DNA of 53,562 nucleotides from Campylobacterota bacterium (GCA_034659695.1 JAYEHY010000026.1:1-53562), one strand, 5' to 3'; shown: positions 1-8,269, counted from the stretch's first letter. Notes: generated by a model from the letters alone, not told the origin. Numbers and translations are program-made.

Positions 1-203
1 GGGGAAAAAGGGAAGGTTGTACCTTTGTACTCAAAGCTGTTGAGCTTTTGGAGTTGATGGAGAAGTACATCTTTAAGCAGCACTTGTCCTGTGTTAACCC
101 TGTACCCTTTCATCTTCTCTGGAGAGATGTGGATATAGCCCATGCTTTTGAGGAGCTCTATAGTGTTATTTTGGGTTTGAATTTCATTAGTATTTGGGAT
201 CAT
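1..203 (-). CDS. hsdR: Type I restriction enzyme R subunit, N-terminus (partial, runs off window)
   Basis: Not in ORF track. Manual translation from ATG at 203 (ATGA overlap with kinase stop): MIPNTNEIQTQNNTIELLKSMGYIHISPEKMKGYRVNTGQVLLKDVLLHQLQKLNSFEYKGTTFPFS..., typical HsdR N-terminus (LLxxMGY...VLL..L..LN), last gene of an hsdM/hsdS operon. Confidence 0.85.
   Translation of the reverse strand, partial: MIPNTNEIQTQNNTIELLKSMGYIHISPEKMKGYRVNTGQVLLKDVLLHQLQKLNSFEYKGTTFPFS
182..203 (-). repeat. Direct repeat copy 1 (hsdR first codons)
   Basis: tttcattagtatttgggatcat is 20/22 identical to 1379-1400. Confidence 0.75.
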
Positions 204-1357
204 GCTTCATCCAATGTCAAAAGTGTACCCACCCTCTTTTCTATATATCCCTCTATCTTTCGTAGTCTTTTATTAGGAAGTTTATATTTAGAGCTTGTAT
301 CAAATTTAAAACCTATCAATTTTCTTACTTTTTGTTTGACTTTTTTCGTCAGTATTTTTTCAGCGAAAAACATAAAATCACCTGCATTTTTCATACTTTT
401 TGTCTTGGCATACTGTTCTATATTGTCCAAGTCATCCTCTAAAGCATCAGCAAAAAGAGATAAACCATTATCGAAGATAGGAGCGACACTTACTATCTTA
501 TTGCTACTGTTATCTATCAAAAGACCTAAATTACCAAAATGCCTATCGGTATTGAGTATGATCACATCAAAGATAAGCATCTCTATCAACGCTTCATAAT
601 ACTCCTCACCTAAGTTTTTGTAGTATGCCAACACAGCTTCCCATCCCCCCTCTTTCACAAGGTGGTAGATGGGTATAAAAGCAAGCTCTTTAGATGAAAA
701 AAGTGCACAGACAGAGTTGATCTTCCCTTTCCATTTTCCTAGTGTATAGGCTGTAGCATTTAACCCCATAGCCTTAGCTATCTGTGAAGCATAAAACTCC
801 GAGTAAGGCTCTTTACCGCAGTTGGCACAACCATGTGAACCCCCTTTATAAAGAAAAGTTCCTTTTCTGCCTTGTGGGTTTCGTCTCCATGCTTTTGCCA
901 ACATACCATTGGTAGTAAACTCTGGGCTAGAGAGAAACCCCTCTTGTTTCACAGAGGCATACCCTGTGTAGGCAAGCAAGGAAAGTGTTTTGTTAAAGTC
1001 GTTATCATAAAGATTATATTTTTCAAATCTACCTTCAAATCCTTTTTCGACTATCCAGTAGCAGTCATTGAGTGAAAGACTTTTAGAGATGGCAACAATC
1101 CCCTCTACATCTTCCAGGCTCAAACCTAGTTCCATGAGTACTTTATGTACGAACTCTCTGTTTTTAGGTATGGTTCTTGACTTTATCCATGAGAGTAAGT
1201 TAACATCATTCATTTCAAGTCCCAAAGGGGAAAAGGTTTTATGCTCTTTATAAATGTGTGTTATCTCTATACTGCTACCAGAGAGTGCACTAGAGTTAAA
1301 ACGAAATGCTACTATGGCTTTATCAAAATGTTTTAGAATGTAGGTTTTAGGTTGCAT
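200..1357 (-). CDS. HipA/CtkA-like Ser/Thr kinase
   Basis: Kinase motifs GMLAKAW, SEFYASQIAKAMG, catalytic NTDRHFGN, APIFDNG; N-terminal WIKSRTIPKNR segment; no HipB partner adjacent. Confidence 0.85.
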   Translation of the reverse strand: MQPKTYILKHFDKAIVAFRFNSSALSGSSIEITHIYKEHKTFSPLGLEMNDVNLLSWIKSRTIPKNREFVHKVLMELGLSLEDVEGIVAISKSLSLNDCYWIVEKGFEGRFEKYNLYDNDFNKTLSLLAYTGYASVKQEGFLSSPEFTTNGMLAKAWRRNPQGRKGTFLYKGGSHGCANCGKEPYSEFYASQIAKAMGLNATAYTLGKWKGKINSVCALFSSKELAFIPIYHLVKEGGWEAVLAYYKNLGEEYYEALIEMLIFDVIILNTDRHFGNLGLLIDNSSNKIVSVAPIFDNGLSLFADALEDDLDNIEQYAKTKSMKNAGDFMFFAEKILTKKVKQKVRKLIGFKFDTSSKYKLPNKRLRKIEGYIEKRVGTLLTLDEA

Positions 1358-1378
1358 ATTTTTTCCTTATATCTTGGC

Positions 1379-1400
1379 TTTCATTTATATTTGGGATCAT
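1379..1400 (-). repeat. Direct repeat copy 2 (duplicated hsdR start upstream of the kinase)
   Basis: tttcatttatatttgggatcat; on - strand reads MIPNINESQ... versus hsdR MIPNTNEIQ... Confidence 0.75.
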
Positions 1401-1494
1401 TTTCTTTTTCCTCTAAATCTTCGCTTTTTCTTTGCCAAGACGTTATTGCCTCTCAACGATGCTGGTCGGGATATTGATTTATTCACTTACTTAA

Positions 1495-2079
1495 TCATCC
1501 TACCCATGAATCAAAGTTTTTGTACCCATTATCCTTATTCCATTTATACGTTCTGTATACGGAAGATAACTGGTAAAACTTTCCTCGTCTTGCGATTGAA
1601 GCCTGACTATCTAATACGTATGTATCAGAACCATCAATTTCTCTATACAAAACCCATTTAGAGTTTTTCCATTCATACATAGTTGACTTTTTACCATCTT
1701 CACTGATTTTATATCCCAAATAATCAAAAGGATTTTTGCCTAAATCTTTTGTCTGACCATTTTTACATTTTATTCCATTGATATGAATACCAAATATATG
1801 ATTTCCTTTCTTCATACTTTTAAATATTTCATATCTTACCCATGGTCTTAAATACGTACCAGAACCAATTAATACACATGAATTTGAAGTATTGTTTAAC
1901 CCTTTATTAATCAATCTTTTAAGTGCTATCGAGCCTTGTTTTTTTGCAGACTCCCATATTGAAGCATCATAAAACCCAGAAACTTCTCTATCTTGAGTTC
2001 TCCAGTGGTTTCTTACAACATTAGCTCTAAAGTCAATTACATCCTGGTAATGAAAACTAAAAAAAACTCTTTTTGCCAT
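1495..2079 (-). CDS. TIR-domain protein (MTH538/DUF1863, ThsB-like)
   Basis: KRVFFSFHY beta-A strand, CVLIGSGTYLRPWVRYEI with the catalytic Glu, IFGIHIN. Confidence 0.88.
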   Translation of the reverse strand: MAKRVFFSFHYQDVIDFRANVVRNHWRTQDREVSGFYDASIWESAKKQGSIALKRLINKGLNNTSNSCVLIGSGTYLRPWVRYEIFKSMKKGNHIFGIHINGIKCKNGQTKDLGKNPFDYLGYKISEDGKKSTMYEWKNSKWVLYREIDGSDTYVLDSQASIARRGKFYQLSSVYRTYKWNKDNGYKNFDSWVG

Positions 2080-2510
2080 TATACACTTCCTAAAAAATCT
2101 AAACAGCTTATAAATAGTAACAATACCAGTAATCCGCCATAGAACATACGCAAAGAAATTGAAAACATTGTTTTAAGATAATCATCCACATCACTTTCAA
2201 ATCGTTTAGGGTTTAAATCAAAAAGAAATTCATCACTTGTAGGTCTATTTTTAACAACCCATCCATATAGTTTCCTATAAATTCTCTCTGTTCTTAAGTA
2301 ATATGTATCTAAAATCCAAAATGAAAATAATGGTAAAAATGCCAATAAATAATTTGTATCTGACTTACCTTTAAATATAAGTGTGATAACAATTAATGTC
2401 ACTGTCCAACCTTTAATTTTAAAAGAGTTGTCAGCCATTCTTTTTATGATATCTTGTATAACTTTAATTTCATCAATTAACAGTTTTTCATTTTTTGTTA
2501 GATCTTTCAT
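2079..2510 (-). CDS. Small multi-pass membrane protein, putative TIR-associated effector
   Basis: 143 aa with ~3 hydrophobic segments; IQDIIKRMADNSFKIKGW and FWILDTYYLRTERIYRKLY motifs; start and stop overlap both TIR genes. Confidence 0.75.
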   Translation of the reverse strand: MKDLTKNEKLLIDEIKVIQDIIKRMADNSFKIKGWTVTLIVITLIFKGKSDTNYLLAFLPLFSFWILDTYYLRTERIYRKLYGWVVKNRPTSDEFLFDLNPKRFESDVDDYLKTMFSISLRMFYGGLLVLLLFISCLDFLGSV

Positions 2511-3088
2511 CTACTAGTACCTCCTAACCAATCTTGTATATAAACCTTCGCTCCATACGTTTCACACCTGATAAAAAGATCATCTACTGAATAGCCTTTT
2601 TTATCTTTCAATACCCAACAGTAAAGACCAAGATATTCCTGACCTTTAAAATACTCACTAAAACTATTATTATTTGTTGATATAGGTAGTACAGCTACTC
2701 TTTTATTTTTTATTCCATCAAAATAGCCAAGTTCCCAAGGCATCCATTTTGAGCTTGGAGAGTTTTCCGATGTAGCAAAAAATAAACATTTAGATTGCTG
2801 CATTCGTTTTTGTAAAACCTTTGCTGTTTCTTTTGTAACCTCGTCTCTACTTAATAATTTATCTGTAATCCAGTCTACATAAACAGTATATCCCATCCGT
2901 TCCAATTCTTTTTTTAGAGCAGGGATAATCTCTTTATCCGCATAACTATGTGATAAAAAAATATCAAAATTATCATAATCACTTACATAAATATTACTTG
3001 CATTTTTTGATTTATATTTTGCGATATAATCATAACTCTCTGTCAAAGGCGTATAACTCTTCAAATTTTCATAATTAAATAATGCCAT
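2507..3088 (-). CDS. TIR-domain protein (TIR_2, ThsB-like)
   Basis: DIFLSHSYAD, GYTVYVDW, SKWMPWELGYFDG with the catalytic Glu, VAVLPI. Confidence 0.9.
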   Translation of the reverse strand: MALFNYENLKSYTPLTESYDYIAKYKSKNASNIYVSDYDNFDIFLSHSYADKEIIPALKKELERMGYTVYVDWITDKLLSRDEVTKETAKVLQKRMQQSKCLFFATSENSPSSKWMPWELGYFDGIKNKRVAVLPISTNNNSFSEYFKGQEYLGLYCWVLKDKKGYSVDDLFIRCETYGAKVYIQDWLGGTSR

Positions 3089-4341
3089 TACTCTTCTCCC
3101 TTAGTTTTATATGTTCTCACTTCCCCACTCAACAACCTCTGCATCAACCCACGCTTCTGCTCTTTAAGTGCTTCAAGTTCATTTTTGAGCAAGTCTATCT
3201 CTTTGTCTGCAAGAGTTAGGACTTCTGCTATATTTTGTTGTTCTCGTATAGATGGAAGCCTTATTGGTAAACCTTTTACAATTTGAGCATTGAGATTACC
3301 TTGTGTTCCAGTTTCAACAAATCTATATATATACTTTTTAAACTCCAAAAGACAATAATACAAATATTCTAAATCAACTCGTTCAAGATTCGGAATTATA
3401 TTTATCATTGCTTGACTCGTAGATACTTCTACTTTATTTATTGTCACAAATCCAACAGAAGCATACATTGAATAAATTAAAGTGTTTTTAGGAACTATCC
3501 ATGCTGAAGAACTATCTAATGCATCTTCAGTAATATGGACTTTAGTATCCAATAAATATTTACCACTATTTGTCATATCATTAACTTTAACAAACGGTAT
3601 CTCTCCCGTATAAAAGTCTTTATTTGTAGCTTTAGGTGTTCCTCCAGATTGCATTTTCAATGCAATCTCCCCTAACTTCACCTCTTCCCACTCCCCATCA
3701 AATCCATCAAACCGAACTTCCCCACTCAAAAGCTTCTGCATCAACCCTTTTTTAAGCTCTTCTTTGGCCTCTATGAGTGCTTCTTGTTTACTGATGGCAT
3801 CATCCCAAGTGGTGAGAATTTGGGCTATTTTTTGTTGTTCTTTTAGGGGTAGAAGAGGGATTTTTAACTCTGCAAACTCTTTTTGTCCCAAAGTTTTGTT
3901 TCGACCTGCTCCACCAGGCGAAGCTAAACCAAGTAAATGTTTTCCTCTTTTTGATTTAAAAAAGTACAAGATGTAATCAATATCAGATTTATTATCTTTG
4001 GGCTGATACATAGGAAAACGATGAGAGGCGATCATACCTTTCTCATTTATAGTTGTTTTTGCCACAGCCTGTTCCCACGCAAATACAATATTTACAATGA
4101 AACAATCTTCTTCAATCCAAAATACAGACTTATTACCTAATACTTCACCTGTTACTGATTCCTTATGGAATATTCCCTTGGCATGAGAACGAATACCTAT
4201 TTGTTGATACTCTACTTCTTTTTCAACATCAACTTTTTTTCTAATACGTTGCAAAAATGTATCAATACGAGGAGTATCCCAATCCTCAGGAATCACCCCA
4301 ACCTTAGTCTGCTTATAGCCTTTTCTAATAACTTCAGCCAT
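3088..4341 (-). CDS. hsdS: Type I RM specificity subunit
   Basis: Two TRDs with repeated conserved helices (PLKEQQKIAQIL..KKGLMQKLLSGEVR and PSIREQQNIAEVL..KRGLMQRLLSGEVR); GVIPEDW start. Confidence 0.95.
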   Translation of the reverse strand: MAEVIRKGYKQTKVGVIPEDWDTPRIDTFLQRIRKKVDVEKEVEYQQIGIRSHAKGIFHKESVTGEVLGNKSVFWIEEDCFIVNIVFAWEQAVAKTTINEKGMIASHRFPMYQPKDNKSDIDYILYFFKSKRGKHLLGLASPGGAGRNKTLGQKEFAELKIPLLPLKEQQKIAQILTTWDDAISKQEALIEAKEELKKGLMQKLLSGEVRFDGFDGEWEEVKLGEIALKMQSGGTPKATNKDFYTGEIPFVKVNDMTNSGKYLLDTKVHITEDALDSSSAWIVPKNTLIYSMYASVGFVTINKVEVSTSQAMINIIPNLERVDLEYLYYCLLEFKKYIYRFVETGTQGNLNAQIVKGLPIRLPSIREQQNIAEVLTLADKEIDLLKNELEALKEQKRGLMQRLLSGEVRTYKTKGEE

Positions 4342-5320
4342 TTTTATTCTCTATGGATTTTATAGCATCTTCAAAATCACTCTCAACTCTGCTTTTTTCA
4401 TTGATTGCTATTGCTTTATATTTATCATACTCTTCATTTGCTTTTTTAAGTGCTTGTTTATGAGAGATGACACCTCTGTTATTCAAGATCTCAAAATCAG
4501 AAAGAGTCAAAAAGTCATCTAGCTTTTTTATCCAGTCTTGCATCTTCATAGTTTTTCGTTTTTTTGCTTGAAGCTCTGCAAATTCTAGATATGATGTCAC
4601 TATTCGGTTGAGGGTATCTAGCTCATCATCAATAAGATAGTTTTTAGCTATACTGGCCTCTTTTTTTGTTGGTTTATTCCCACTAAAGTTTGTCATACCC
4701 ACATTTTCTTTTGTACTATCCACTCTTTTATGCACTATCTCCGCAGCTGTATGCCCGTGCGTTGCAAAGTGCATTTTGTTTTGTATGGTTTTAAAAAAGT
4801 CTTGGGATCTTTCATCATTTGCATCATAATCAACACTCGTGGCATAGATGTCTAAAACTTTTTTCCAAAATACTTTTTCACTACTTCGTATATCTCTTAT
4901 ACGTTCTAACAACTCATCAAAATAGCTATTTTTAGCCTCTTTGAGTCTCTCATCATCCATTACAAAACCTTTGATGACATACTCTTTGAGCCTTGCCGTT
5001 GCCCACTGTCTAAACTTTGTTGCTATGTTTGATTTTACTCTATACCCAACTGAGATAATCATATCAAGATTATAATGTTCAATGTCTCTTTTTACTTTTC
5101 TACTACCTTCTTGCTGAACTATTAGGAAATTCCTAATAGTTGGAGTCTCTTCCAGCTCTTTTTCTTTATAGATATTTTTTATATGCTCATTTATGGTAGC
5201 TGTTGTGACACCAAAAAGTTCTGCTAACTGTTTTTGAGATAACCAAAGAGTCTCATTTTCTAGTTTTATATCAAGATTGGTAGTACCATCTTCACTTTGG
5301 TAAATTATCATCTCACTCAT
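4334..5320 (-). CDS. rhuM: RhuM family protein
   Basis: ETLWLSQKQLAELF, YNLDMIISVGYRVKS, FRQWAT, IRDIRSSEK motifs; family often found in type I RM operons. Confidence 0.9.
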   Translation of the reverse strand: MSEMIIYQSEDGTTNLDIKLENETLWLSQKQLAELFGVTTATINEHIKNIYKEKELEETPTIRNFLIVQQEGSRKVKRDIEHYNLDMIISVGYRVKSNIATKFRQWATARLKEYVIKGFVMDDERLKEAKNSYFDELLERIRDIRSSEKVFWKKVLDIYATSVDYDANDERSQDFFKTIQNKMHFATHGHTAAEIVHKRVDSTKENVGMTNFSGNKPTKKEASIAKNYLIDDELDTLNRIVTSYLEFAELQAKKRKTMKMQDWIKKLDDFLTLSDFEILNNRGVISHKQALKKANEEYDKYKAIAINEKSRVESDFEDAIKSIENKNG

Positions 5321-6804
5321 AGCCCAAGCTCCGAAAGATAACTCTGCATCTGTTTTTTCACCTCTACCAACTCATCTTCTATCTTAGCTATATTGGCTTT
5401 AGTAGCTTCAATATCTACAGGCTCTTCCTCTTCAAAGGTATCGACATATCGTGGGATATTGAGGTTGTAGTCATTCTCTTCCATCTCTTCAACTGTAGCC
5501 ACATGAGCGTACTTCTCTATCTCTTTTCTGCTTTTGTAAGCCTCTAATATCTTATCTATATGTACAAGGCTCAGGGAATTCTGGTTCTTGTCTTTGTCAA
5601 ACTCACGACTTGCATCTATGAAAAGTACATCAGTATTCGTTCTGCCTTTTTTAAAGATGAGTATCGTCGCCGGTATACCGGTACCGAAGAAGAGGTTTGC
5701 AGGTAAGCCTATGACAGCATCAAGTAGATTATGTTCGATGATCTGCTGTCTTATGCGTCCTTCACTTGCTCCACGGAATAATACACCATGAGGAAGCACT
5801 ACACCCATACGACCGTTTTCATTGAGTGAAGCTAACATATGCTGCACAAAAGCGTAGTCACCCTTGCTCTTTGGAGGTAACCCATACTCAAAACGCTTAT
5901 AATGGTCATCTGCCAATTCATCTGCACCCCATTTATCTAGTGAAAAAGGAGGATTTGCAACAACAATATCAAACTTCATAAGATGATCATTTTCTACATG
6001 CAGAGGGTTACGCAAGGTATCCCCCCATTCTATCTTAGCATCATTGATCTCATGAAGAAACATATTCATTTTAGTAAGGGCTTGGGTTTCACCATTTTTC
6101 TCTTGCCCATAGATGGCGAAGTTGTCATTATCCACCTCTTTGCTTGCTTTGATGAGCAAAGATCCAGAACCACAAGTAGGATCATAAATCCTATCTCCCT
6201 CTTTAGATTCTACCAATTTAGCCAACAGCGTAGAAACAGCAGACGGGGTGAAAAATTCCCCACCTTTCTTCCCTGCATCAGAAGCAAAGTGGGCTATTAG
6301 ATACTCATACGCATCCCCTATAACATCATTACCCTCTAGCATAGAAGGGCGAAGGTCAAGTCTCTCATCGGCAAAATCTTCAAGTAAGTGCTTGAGTATG
6401 GAGTTTCTCTCCTTGGTTCGTCCCAACTTCACCTCAGAGTTAAAGTCCACATTACGGAAGATACCCTCTAGCTTCTCTCTGTTATCCTCTTCTATACGCT
6501 CCAAAGCCTTGTTGATGACTTCACCCAGTTCATTAGACTCTTTATGCTTTAAGATGTACTCAAAAGTACAAGAGTCATCAAGCACAAATTTTTCACGCTT
6601 CAGGCTTCTCTCTATACGCTCTTGATTGTCCCTATACTTCTCCTGAAGATCCTCCAACTTCTCTCTATAAAAATCAGACAAATACTTTACAAAAAGCATC
6701 GTAAGCACATAGTCTTTGTACTCACTACTGTTCATCGTCCCCCTAAAAGTATCACATGCCCTCCATACGATATCGTTGATAGTCTTTTGAGTTGTCTTTT
6801 GCAT
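5317..6804 (-). CDS. hsdM: Type I RM methyltransferase (m6A)
   Basis: GEFFTP, YDPTCGSGSLL (motif I), VANPPF (motif IV), VLPHGVLFRG, YNLNIPRYV. Confidence 0.97.
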   Translation of the reverse strand: MQKTTQKTINDIVWRACDTFRGTMNSSEYKDYVLTMLFVKYLSDFYREKLEDLQEKYRDNQERIERSLKREKFVLDDSCTFEYILKHKESNELGEVINKALERIEEDNREKLEGIFRNVDFNSEVKLGRTKERNSILKHLLEDFADERLDLRPSMLEGNDVIGDAYEYLIAHFASDAGKKGGEFFTPSAVSTLLAKLVESKEGDRIYDPTCGSGSLLIKASKEVDNDNFAIYGQEKNGETQALTKMNMFLHEINDAKIEWGDTLRNPLHVENDHLMKFDIVVANPPFSLDKWGADELADDHYKRFEYGLPPKSKGDYAFVQHMLASLNENGRMGVVLPHGVLFRGASEGRIRQQIIEHNLLDAVIGLPANLFFGTGIPATILIFKKGRTNTDVLFIDASREFDKDKNQNSLSLVHIDKILEAYKSRKEIEKYAHVATVEEMEENDYNLNIPRYVDTFEEEEPVDIEATKANIAKIEDELVEVKKQMQSYLSELGL

Positions 6805-7394
6805 TATTTGTTATCCTTGTTTGATTGTATTATAGTATCTAAAACAGCTTGTCCAAACTGTTCTTTTTCTTTTTTGAGTTTTTCTAACAATTGTATTTCT
6901 TTTTCAGAAAGCTTCATCAATGCTACTACTCTCTTCTGCTCCTTAAGTGTGGGTAAAACTATCTCTAAATCTTCTAGATCTCTAGTCTTTAGAGAGAATA
7001 TAGTTGCAAGTTTCATCTTCTTTTCAAGCACTCTTTGGGCTGTAATACTATTGATATAGTAAGCCAAAAACTCGTTGTCAATCATACTACTGTTTACTCG
7101 TACAATACTCATAAAAGAAGGCACTACCATACCCTTGAAGCTCTTATCTATACAAACAGCTGTCACAGGATCTCTCAATCTTACTACAACATCCCCTTCA
7201 CGACTAATATAAGAATCGTCTATCTCTTCAGTAGAAACAAAATCATCAATATAATCAAGCATAAGTGAAGTACTGTTTGAAAAAGATTTGAGAGTAATCT
7301 GCTTATAGCCAATCTTTACATTATCAGAAAGAGCGGCTTTCTTACGTGAAAGAACAAGACCTGTTCTAATATCTGCAATCTGCTTTAGCTTCAA
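6804..7394 (-). CDS. Half-size (single-TRD) HsdS-like protein
   Basis: LKQIADIRTG, EGDVVVR, EFLAYYINS, LEIVLPTLKEQKRVV coiled-coil. Likely TTG start at 7394 after AAGGAG; ORF-track start 7433 lies inside the promoter. Confidence 0.8.
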   Translation of the reverse strand: MKLKQIADIRTGLVLSRKKAALSDNVKIGYKQITLKSFSNSTSLMLDYIDDFVSTEEIDDSYISREGDVVVRLRDPVTAVCIDKSFKGMVVPSFMSIVRVNSSMIDNEFLAYYINSITAQRVLEKKMKLATIFSLKTRDLEDLEIVLPTLKEQKRVVALMKLSEKEIQLLEKLKKEKEQFGQAVLDTIIQSNKDNK

Positions 7395-7424
7395 AACCTC
7401 TCCTTTTAACTGTTTATTATAAGA

Positions 7425-7453
7425 ATGATACAATAAATTTATACGATTGTCAA
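7425..7453 (-). promoter_or_regulatory. Sigma70 promoter of the RM/TIR operon
   Basis: TTGACA (7453-7448), 17-nt spacer, TATCAT (7430-7425). Confidence 0.7.
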
Positions 7454-7502
7454 GTTTTTTGTTTATTTTAAAAAGAAACTATATTTTATGTGCGTGTACC
7501 CT

Positions 7503-7545
7503 TTATACACATCCACTTTATCACATTTATTCACACTTATCCGTA
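7503..7545 (+). repeat. Phased DnaA-box-like nonamers
   Basis: TTATACACA 7503, TTTATCACA 7517, TTATTCACA 7527, TTATCCGTA 7537; last three on a 10-bp period. Confidence 0.45.
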
Positions 7546-7636
7546 CTCTGTCAACTAAAAAAAATTGCTTGTTTCTAGAATAGTTTTATGGCTAAATAAT
7601 AGTAATAATTTTTTGTGTGATTTTCAATAAACGGAA

Positions 7637-8160
7637 GAAGTAGCAAGTTAAAGATGCCCTGAATTGAGACCTCAATCATCTTTAACTCACATTGAGAGAA
7701 GTATATCAGAAAAATACTTCTAAATCAATGCCTTATCATTGTCAACCTCTACTTCATAAAACTACCATAAAAAACCACATAACACCCTCTGGAGGTTCGA
7801 CCTTATCTCAATCTAAGTCATTGATACAATTGAGGCTGGTAAGATGAATGTGAAAGCATTCTAGAGTTGATAGCACATATGCCGTGTTTTCAGCTTGAGT
7901 GATCAGAGTACTCTTTTGGGTCACCAGAATATAATAGCTTAACACAGATTGAAATGCATCCCATCAAAAAGCCGACTCAAGATCTCTCAAGATGTGAAAG
8001 CACTCTCTAATCAAGTCGGAACACCTGAATTAAGAGACCTATCAAGGATAAGAGCTGTATATCAGCTATCAAATAGATATACGTCTGACGATAAACAGCG
8101 TGTGACAGATTGTGTTGTTCAGTGTTTTGAGCCCTGATTTTACATTAGGGCTCAAAGCTC
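7637..8160 (+). ncRNA. Candidate large structured non-coding RNA (unassigned family)
   Basis: At least 12 nested helices found by eye, two GAAA tetraloops, and G-U pairs that work only on the + strand; no credible ORF. Confidence 0.6.
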
Positions 8161-8269
8161 TTCAAATTTGTTCGGGATTATGTATTAGGTTGGAAGATTG
8201 AAAAGTAAAAAATAGAAATTAGCTTCAAAGTACGTTGTATTGGGAATAAAATGGATGATATTAAAATGG

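Noticed and set aside
48-599. 183-aa + strand ORF and the many other short opposite-strand ORFs in the track
   Set aside because: Antisense shadows of well-supported genes (kinase, hsdM, ilvD, thrS, etc.)
1397-1486. 29-aa basic ORF MNKSISRPASLRGNNVLAKKKRRFRGKRK on - strand as kinase antitoxin
   Set aside because: GTG start without clear SD, too short, no HTH; more likely a scar of earlier cargo, though its stop overlaps the duplicated hsdR ATG
3110-3840. Repeated DNA blocks within hsdS as an invertible or shufflon system
   Set aside because: They are the normal direct-repeat conserved regions of HsdS; no inverted silent hsdS copy or recombinase in the window
1-7394. Orphan methyltransferase lacking hsdR
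   Set aside because: The hsdR N-terminus is present at 203-1 and continues beyond the window
7949-8137. 62-aa ORF in the ORF track
   Set aside because: TTG start without SD, no recognisable motif, and it lies across helices better explained as RNA structure
7637-8160. Group I/II intron, RNase P, tmRNA or retron identity for the structured region
   Set aside because: CCTGAATT..GAGACCT loosely recalls a group I P element, but no Q/R/S cores follow. No group II domain V, no GAGGAAAGTCC, no tmRNA ends, no reverse transcriptase nearby, and no host gene is interrupted.
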